Positions 54,636 to 64,000 of a DNA stretch of 64,000 nucleotides are shown piece by piece. The DNA comes from the human T2T-CHM13v2.0 reference genome, Homo sapiens: the NCBI RefSeq assembly GCF_009914755.1, contig NC_060929.1, one strand, 5' to 3'. The notes beneath the pieces were generated by a model. That model had not been told where the DNA came from. It saw only the letters and a list, made by a program, of their open reading frames with translations, and searched no databases. Each line of letters opens with the position of its first letter. Positions within the stretch are counted from its first letter, which is position 1. The translations under genes and the position numbers were made by a program.

Positions 54636-55955
54636 TTATTTTTTGAGACAGGGTCTTGCTCTGTCGCCCAGGCTGGAGTGCAGTGGTGCTATCTTGGCAC
54701 ACTGCAGTCTCCCCCTCCCGGGTTAAAGCAATTCTCGTGCTTCAGCATCCTTAGTAGCTGGGATTACAGGCATACACTAGCACGCCTGGCTAATTTTTGT
54801 ATTTTTAGTAGAGACAGGGTTTCACCATGTTGCCTAGGCTGGTCTCGACTCCTGATCTCAGGTGATCTGCCTGCCTCCGCCTCCCAAAGTGCTGGGATTA
54901 CAGGCATGAGCCACTCACCTGGCCTTTATTACCCCTATTTTAAAAGGTAGTGACTCAACAGAAGATGTCTCTGAATTTCTAGTGAGTTTATATGGGCAAA
55001 ATTTTGTCCTACCTTTATTCTCTCCTATCCTTTAGAAGATTCTCCCATGCTTACATTTGCAGAGACTGGGAAAATAATAACCATTCCTGTTTCTCTCCTC
55101 ACCAACCATCTTTTCTTTCATTCATTCATTTATCTATTCATCTAGTCAGTAAATATTTTTTGGATTGCCTTAATCCTTAGCATTTATTCAAAATTAATGG
55201 GAGAAGATTCTGAAAGGGTTCTGTTTTTCTCTGATTCCCGCCCTTTTTTAAAAAAACCAGATCCTCTGTGCCTCTCTTGATCTTTAATTCAGGCAATTTT
55301 AACACATTTTATAGGTATATTTTTAACTTATTGTAACTATTGAAGAATTAAGATGTTTAAACAAGTGTAAAGATATTGAGAAAACTACCCTCATTTACAT
55401 TTACTGACTTTCTTATTCCTTATTGTAAGATATTACCTGTAAACTCCACCATGTGTTGGCCTATGAGGGGTTATGTGACATAAGCTTAAGTAGTGTAGGT
55501 TCCCCTAAAGGGTTGAATTCCACTAACTAGAAATTTCATTATTTTACATTTTTGTAATTCATTTACTTAAGACTGCCCCTTAGCTGGGTGCAGTGGCACA
55601 TGCCTATAATCCTGACTACTCACAGGCTGAGGTGGGATGGCTGGCAGGATGTTTGCTTGAGCCCAGGAGTTCAAGATCAGCCTGGGCAACAAAGCAAGAC
55701 CCCATCTGTAAACAATAAATGTATAAAAATTTTAAAGCTACCTCCTTATTTGTTTTTAAAAACCTTTATGAAATTATATATAGCCAACTGAGTTACTCTA
55801 CAATATTTACCTTTTGGAATTATAATACTTCAAGAGTTATTTGAAGAATGACTTCATTTCAAGAATGACTTGATTATTTGATAGTATTTTAAGACTCAGT
55901 ATTTTGACATCTGAACAATTTCTCTAATAAGGTCTTTTTTTTTTTTTAATTTCAG

Positions 55956-56143
55956 TATCAGAAGCTTTGAGATCAGCAGGGCTACCATCTCACTCTTCTG
56001 TAATTTCACAACATTCTAAAGGAAGTAAATCACCAGATTTGCTGATGTATCAGGGTCCACCAGACACTGCAGAAATAATAAAAACATTACCTCAGAAATA
56101 CAGAAGGAAACTTGTGTCTCAAGAAGAAATGGAATTTATCCAA
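55956..56143 (+). CDS. MRPS36: MRPS36/KGD4 exon 3 (VSEALRSAG...LPQKYRRKLVSQEEMEFIQ)
   Basis: ttcag acceptor, GTATGT donor, 188 nt, ends in phase 0 after codon 98. Confidence 0.95.
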
Positions 56144-56443
56144 GTATGTCGTTGCTCTTTATCCCAAGACTACGCAAAACACCATAACATTTGGGCTTTG
56201 GGGATTTCATTTGCTGATTTACATGCTATTCCTATTGTCTTGTCAGAGTGTGGTCAGAGCTAAGACAGGATGGTCAGGTAGGCCAAGACTATGAGAAAGA
56301 AACCATAGTCAAATCCCTCTGTAAATATGCATGATATATCAATATCAATAGATATAATCACATAAAAAACAGCTCTTTGGGGTCCTGAATAATTTTTCAG
56401 AGTGTAAAGAGCTTCTGATACCAAGAAATTTAAGGACAGGTCA

Positions 56444-56775
<332 letters not shown>

Positions 56776-56963
56776 TCAAAAAAAAAAAAAAAAAAAAAAA
56801 AAAGAATTGATATGAGTACCCAAAAGTTTTGACTAATTCAAAACTATTTTTTAAAAACCAAAGATTACTTACTGAAGATTGTATAAATTTGTAAAATTGC
56901 CATCAAAACATTTCCTGAGTCAATTTAACATCTAATCTTACTGCTTTATTTTTTCCTTTTCAG

Positions 56964-56981
56964 CGTGGAGGTCCTGAATAA
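56964..56981 (+). CDS. MRPS36: MRPS36/KGD4 exon 4 coding part (RGGPE*); the 103-aa product is the E3 adaptor of the 2-oxoglutarate dehydrogenase complex
   Basis: ttttcag acceptor, then CGT GGA GGT CCT GAA TAA, completing the conserved EE-E-I--GG C-terminus. Confidence 0.93.
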   Translation, partial: RGGPE

Positions 56982-57026
56982 CCATGGTGGCTGCTGTTTG
57001 TCATCAGACAATAGAATTGTCTTTAC

Positions 57027-57895
57027 AATAAAGGACTTCCAAAATGACAGATGAGAAACTGTATATTAAACACCTTTAATAAATATTATGAAAAAAATGA
57101 AATATAGAAAATTTAGATGGACACTTGTATTTCCTAATTTATGTATCTTGGTCAGCTTCTCCACAAGCTTACCTAATTGTTTATATACTTTATACTTATT
57201 AAAGTATACATTTTTAAATGTTAGCCTATTAATTTACTCTTGATTATCAAACATTACCAGTGTTGAACTATTAAAAGCACACAATGTGTAGTAAACTATC
57301 ATAGGATTCCCATAATTTCACTTTACTTTCTGTTTAGGCATGGAAAAATTTATCAGTCAGAATTGCTGTTTTAGGGACATGATTTTCCTGAAATTGGGTG
57401 AGGATCAGTGAAATAATTACTCTATTACTTGTTCTTAATTCTCTGTTCTCTAATGTTTTTTCATTCACAAGTTTACTGGAGTATAACTGGCTTAGTAAGT
57501 ATATCCTACTCTGAATGATAAAAATATAGTCAAGCTAAAATAGGTGACTATACTATTAAGATAGAGATCATACAAAAGATTCCAAAGAAAGTCAAAAAGT
57601 GTAAAATGGAAAATAAGAGATCAAAATGAATATAGCATAGGAATAAAGATTTCACTAGAAATTGCAATTTATTATGTTTTGGAGGTTGTAAGGAAGTCTT
57701 GTTTTTTGGTTTATTTTACTGTTTTGTGATCTTGTATGCAAATCCTGATAACCATTAACCTTCTCAAACTTAATGTCTGAGAGCCTCATAAAATCAACAT
57801 ATTTACTTATTAAGCAGTTTATGAAACTTTAATGGGGCCCCTCCTGTGCCAAGGGTACGTATATTGTGAAGTAAAGCCTCACAAAGCTAAATAAA
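57027..57895 (+). terminator. MRPS36: MRPS36 3'UTR tandem poly(A) signals
   Basis: AATAAA at 57027, 57078, 57642 and 57890. Confidence 0.7.
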
Positions 57896-58598
57896 TTCTC
57901 TTCCATACCTTTAATGATTTCTAGAATATGCTTTAAAGAAGTCCTCCCTGAGAGTTAAGGGTAGGTCATGAGCAAGAAATAGAATTGGCTTCGAGTATGC
58001 TTCTGTATTTACTCAGTTGACTGTGGGTTAATTTTTACTTATTTCTACTACTCCACAGAGTTGATCTACTTCTCTTATAAATTTTTTGCTGTGGCCTAGT
58101 GTAAATGTTGTTCAGCACAAATATGAGAGTTTGATGCTGGCAATAAGCTGTTCAGGTGACTCATTGAAAAACATGATTCAGGCCAGGTGCAGTGGCTCAT
58201 GCTTTGTTAATACCAGCACTTTGGGGAGCCAAGGCAGGTTGATCACCTGAGGTCAGGAGTTCAAGACCAGCCTGGCCGGCAGGTGAAACCCCGCCTCTAC
58301 TAAAAATACAAAAATTAGCCAGGCAATGTGACACACACCTATAATCTCAGCTACAGGGAAGCTGAGGCCAGAGAATCACTTGAACCCAGGAGGCAGAGGT
58401 TGCAGTGAGCCAACATTGTGCCACTGCATTCTAGCCTGGTCAACGGAGAGACTCCATCCAAAAAAAAAGAAAAGAAAAACATAATTCATTTCTTTTTTTT
58501 ATTATTTAAAAATTTATTGCCAGGCACAGTGGCTCACGCCTGTAATCCCAGCACTTTGGGAGGCCAAGGCAGGTGGACCACCTGATGTCAGGAGTTCA

Positions 58599-58772
<174 letters not shown>

Positions 58773-59026
58773 CTAGGCGACAGAGCAAGACTCTGTCTAA
58801 AAAAAAAACAATTATTTGGGAAAATTACTTTAGCAAAAGAAAGCCCAGGGCCAGGCCGGGTGTGGTGGCTTATGTCTGTAATCCCAGCACTTTGGGAGGC
58901 CGAGGCGGGCAGATCACCTGAGATCAGGAGTTCAAGACCAGCCTAGCCAACATGGTGAAACCCCATCTCTACTAAAAATACAAAAAATCAGCTGGGCGTG
59001 GTGGCGGGCGCATGTAATCCCAGCTA

Positions 59027-59167
<141 letters not shown>

Positions 59168-59570
59168 TTATTTTGCTTTCAGAAATACATTCGGATTCAG
59201 GTAGTGAAGAGTGGTATGAGTAATACTGTGAGCCAACAGTTAGAAATCCTAATACCGAACTGTGGATGTATATCTGAGGGCAATCTTTCCTACAGCTGCT
59301 GCCGTGAAAGTCAGAATGAAGAAAATCTGTCACTGTTACAGAATTTGTGAGTATAGGTATGGCAAAAGGTACGCCAGTGGGAATTGCTGTCACAGGATGA
59401 GCTCCCAAGGAGAGTATTATAGACTTCTGGTGAGGCTTACAGTTAAATAGCCTGTATTTTCATTTAGAGGTTAGGCACTTAAATATATGTAATCAGCAAA
59501 TTGCTTAATTTGTCCAAGTTTCCGTTTTTCTTTCCAGTACTACACAGTGGGATAGTCAGGATCAAATTAG

Positions 59571-60062
59571 TGTATTATCTATTACTTTGTAACAAATGAC
59601 CCCAAAATTAAGTGGCTAAACTCTTAATTTCTCTGGTTTCTCTGGGTCAGGAATTCAGAAGCAGCTTCACTGGGCAGTTTTGATTTAGTGCCTAATGCGG
59701 TTGCAATTAGAAGCCACTGAGGCTACAGTCATCTGAAGGCTTGGCTGAGGCTGGCTGATCCACCTCCAAGATGGCTCACTCACAGAGCTGACAAGCCGAT
59801 GCTGGCTGTTGGCAAGAGGCCTTAGTTTCTCTCCACATGGTTGCCTGAGTGAATTCATGACATGGCTGGCTTTCACCAGAGCAAATAATCCAAGCATGCC
59901 AGTCAACAGCATCCTTTTATGTTCTAGCCTCATAAATCACACTTCAGCCATATTCTATTGGTCACACAGAACAACCTGTTTCATTGTGGGAGAAGACCAC
60001 ACAACAGGATTAATACTGGAAGGCAAGGATCATCATGGCCATCTTACAAGCTGGCTAATACA
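59571..60062 (-). mobile_element. MLT1-family MaLR LTR
   Basis: tgtattatcta...gtaacaaatgacccca...gggtcaggaattcag...ccaagatggctcactcac...attctattggtca...ggccatctt. Confidence 0.65.
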
Positions 60063-60347
60063 GATGCATGGAAGTGCTTTAAACTGAAAAATGCTTTGCA
60101 AATGTGTAATGCTATTTTCTTTTTTTTTCTTTTGGTTCAAAGTGCTCAAATGATATTTTATATATACAGTATCTCACTGTCTCAGAATATCATCTAAACG
60201 CTGTCTTCATTATCCTATTTTAAATGTCCCAGAATGGGAATTTACTTGTCAGCAGCACGCTGTAATACACTGATTATCAACTCATACGCCATGGCACACT
60301 TGGGGACCTCAAGTCTCACAACGGCATCATCAGATTTAGCTCACTAG

Positions 60348-60608
<261 letters not shown>

Positions 60609-61218
60609 TAAGGTGATCCACCTGCCTCGGCATCCCAAAGTGCTGGATTACAGGTGTGAGCCACTGCACCTGCCGCTCACTAGCTTATTTCTACAAGTGA
60701 GGTTAAATTATTATTTCAATGATACCTGTCAGAAGAAACTATGACAACAGCATCACTAGGTATGACTTGCCTCAAGAGAGATGGTGTCTTTTCTGCAATG
60801 TGTGAGTTTTGCCTAGACCCAAGTAATGACAAGGGACTGAAAGATAATGGCTAACATATAGTAAACACTTAACTGTCAAACATTATTCTAAGGGCTTTGC
60901 AGGTGTGAGGTCATTTAAGCCTTGGAACAATCCTTTGAGTAGATCCTATTAGGGATGAAGAAACTGGAAACAAAGTAAGTAATTTGCCCTAGTTGTATCT
61001 AGTGGCTGAATACTGATAGGGCCACTATTCAAATGCAAGCAGTCTGATTCCAGAGTTAAAAAAAATAACTAAATTATTGGCCTTGGTATTTTGCTACTTT
61101 CTTCAACATATCTCTGAAACTTAGGATTTTCAACTCTTAGAAATAACAAATATAGGCTGGGCGCAGTGGCTTACACTTACAAATACCAGCACTTTGGGAG
61201 GCCGAGGAGGGTGGATCA

Positions 61219-61515
<297 letters not shown>

Positions 61516-62299
61516 TTATCCACTAGTAGAGCCATCTGGATTACTGCAATAGTTCTCTAATAGGCCTTCTTTCTTTTTCTTGTCCCTCAAAATCTATAAT
61601 ATAGTCTCCCAACAGCAAGAGTGAACCTTTTAAAAGTGAGTCAGGTCATATCACTTGTCTGCTCCAATCCCTCCAGTGGGTTTTCAGTGATGACTTTCTT
61701 GTACCACCCTATTTAAAACCTCCATCCCTGCCCCTGCCCTGATTTGTTATCCTTTATCTGCTTTATTATCTCTATAGCACTTATCACCTATGTATCATAA
61801 CACATATTTGACTTGTTTTTTTATCTCCTCCCATTGGAAGGCAGGGATCTTTGCTCCCTGCTATCTCAGATTCTACAATGGTGCTTGGCACATAGATAAC
61901 ACTCAATATCAGCATCCTAAGAGAGAGAAAAATGAAAAAGGAAAAGCACTCAATATGTTTTTGAATAAATGAATTAGTGTGTTTGTTATGACAATTTATG
62001 ATAATCAAGGGGTTGGGTACTCATTACTGCTAAGTTAATTGAGCACTGTCTCAATTAATTGAGTTAATGTCTAAGCTTTCTGCATGTTTCATTTAATACC
62101 CACAATCTCCTGTGATGTAGTTCATTATTTTTTCCATTTTACCGAGTAGAAAACTGAGGACTAGAAGCTGATTCCCACAGCACGTTTCAGTTGAGTTGGA
62201 TTTTGTTTTCCTGGGCCTGCTTCTTCATAAAGGGACTGGACTAAGAATACTCTTGACCAGCCCGTAAGAACTTGGCACTCGTCTCAGTAATCTGAGATA

Positions 62300-62734
62300 G
62301 CAGGGTTTGGCGTCCATAGCAACCACGGCGACAGGACGCGCTCGAGCAAGAACCAAAAAGCGAGAACAGGTACAAGGCCAAACTTTCTACATTCACAGAC
62401 ACCTACCAAACCCCGAACATGGAACACCAAATTAGAACGCTGACCAGTTCCTGGTAATGTAGAAAACACCCAAGTTAAAACGGCAACAGAGTGACACAGC
62501 AGCCATTGAAGATGCCCCACTTCAGGCACCGACAGGCGTCACGTGACGGGTGGGGAACGCCAACCGCCTGGGCCTAGCGCAGCTTCCTCCGCCCACCACG
62601 GAAGTGAGGCGGGGATACTAAAGCGACGGAGCCCGGTGGACGGAAGTGGGTGTTGGAGGCTTTAAGGTAGCTTTAAATTCGTGTTGTCCTGGGAGCTCGC
62701 CCTTTTCGGCTGGAGTCGGGCTTTACGGCGCCGG
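62300..62734 (+). promoter_or_regulatory. CDK7: CDK7 CpG-island promoter and 5'UTR
   Basis: Palindromic CGTCACGTGACG at 62537-62548; two ETS/GABP CGGAAGTG at 62599 and 62641; RFX half-site CATAGCAAC at ~62315; GC boxes. Confidence 0.8.
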
Positions 62735-62800
62735 ATGGCTCTGGACGTGAAGTCTCGGGCAAAGCGTTATGAGAAGCTGGACTTCCTTGGGGAGGGACAG
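62735..62800 (+). CDS. CDK7: CDK7 exon 1 (MALDVKSRAKRYEKLDFLGEGQ)
   Basis: ATG at 62735, CAG|GTGAGG donor; kinase subdomain I Gly-rich loop. Confidence 0.97.
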
Positions 62801-63152
62801 GTGAGGCTCTCTGGAAGGACGGGGAGGGCCCCAAGCGGACAGCCCCGCGCCGCCTCCACCTTTGCGGGTTTTCCCGTGGAGGCCAGAGGTCTGGCTTGGC
62901 TGCTCGTTCTCGTTGGGGGAAACCGTCCAGACGCACTTGCTGCCCATTCTTTACATCCTGGGGGTGAATCCCTGAGGGGCCTCTCCTTGCTGAAGAGTAG
63001 CCTGGAGCTGGACGGAGACTGACCCGCCACATTTCCAGCCGCCGCGAGTCTGCTCAGGAACTCTGGGCTCTTTGCTTCGCGAAATGTAAAAATGCAAAAA
63101 GGCAAACACAAAAACTCCCATAAACTTATGTTATTTCTATTTTTCTTTCTAG

Positions 63153-63212
63153 TTTGCCACCGTTTACAAGGCCAGAGATAAGAATACCAACCAAATTGTC
63201 GCCATTAAGAAA
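63153..63212 (+). CDS. CDK7: CDK7 exon 2 (FATVYKARDKNTNQIVAIKK)
   Basis: tttctag acceptor, GTGAGT donor, 60 nt; includes the VAIK catalytic Lys. The gene continues beyond the window. Confidence 0.97.
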
Positions 63213-63637
63213 GTGAGTTACCTTTTTATGTTGTTTTTAAGTCTCCTTGAAGATGTCTGTATTATTAATTGACTGATAGCCATTTTATTAGTCTTGACCA
63301 TACTCTGATAATGAGTTACTCATGTCATTTTCAGAGACAAAATAATTAATTAGTGCTTTGTGTTCCCAAACGGAACTCTAGGGTTGAACCCGTTTTAATT
63401 TCTATTGAAATGAAGAAGAAGCTGTATGTTATTTTCACTGCATAAATTCATATGTTGTGGGCAAGTACTGCCCATCTTTTCGGTCCTCAGAACTATTGGA
63501 TACCATGATCTTTCTAGGTCACTGTTTATACCTCACCTGCATCCACTCAGTGTGTCGTATCTGTATTTTCTGTGTACGGATTTACCATGAAAGACTTTCA
63601 CTAGCATGAACAACATTGATGTGAAGTCTAAAATGAG

Positions 63638-63998
<361 letters not shown>

Positions 63999-64000
63999 AA

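Noticed and set aside
62681-63022. 113-aa ORF spanning CDK7 exon 1
   Set aside because: It is exon 1 plus 5'UTR and intron read-through; the upstream GTG has poor context and the donor at 62801 is strong.

Overview
Human (or very close hominid) genomic DNA that I recognise from the translated exons as the 5q13.2 cluster. Four intron-containing genes lie in tandem on the + strand: the last three coding exons and 3'UTR of CCNB1 (cyclin B1), all 9 coding exons of CENPH (247 aa), all 4 coding exons of MRPS36/KGD4 (103 aa) and the first two coding exons of CDK7. I checked the exon boundaries by hand: all are GT-AG and the reading frames join. The rest is very Alu-dense and also holds a solo LTR12 with a 4-bp TSD, a 5'-truncated SVA, a truncated L1PA, MaLR/ERV1 LTRs, DNA-transposon fossils and an antisense U13 snoRNA retrocopy. 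Nearly all ORFs in the supplied track are Alu-translation artefacts. I found no evidence of a wholly new biological system. The best leads are: (i) an in-frame near-cognate extension upstream of KGD4, echoing yeast Kgd4L; (ii) phase-compatible read-through fusions CENPH-KGD4 and KGD4-CDK7; (iii) an LTR12 promoter aimed antisense at CCNB1; (iv) several local templated duplications and hairpins. Repeat subfamily names are from memory of consensus sequences and need RepeatMasker/Dfam confirmation.
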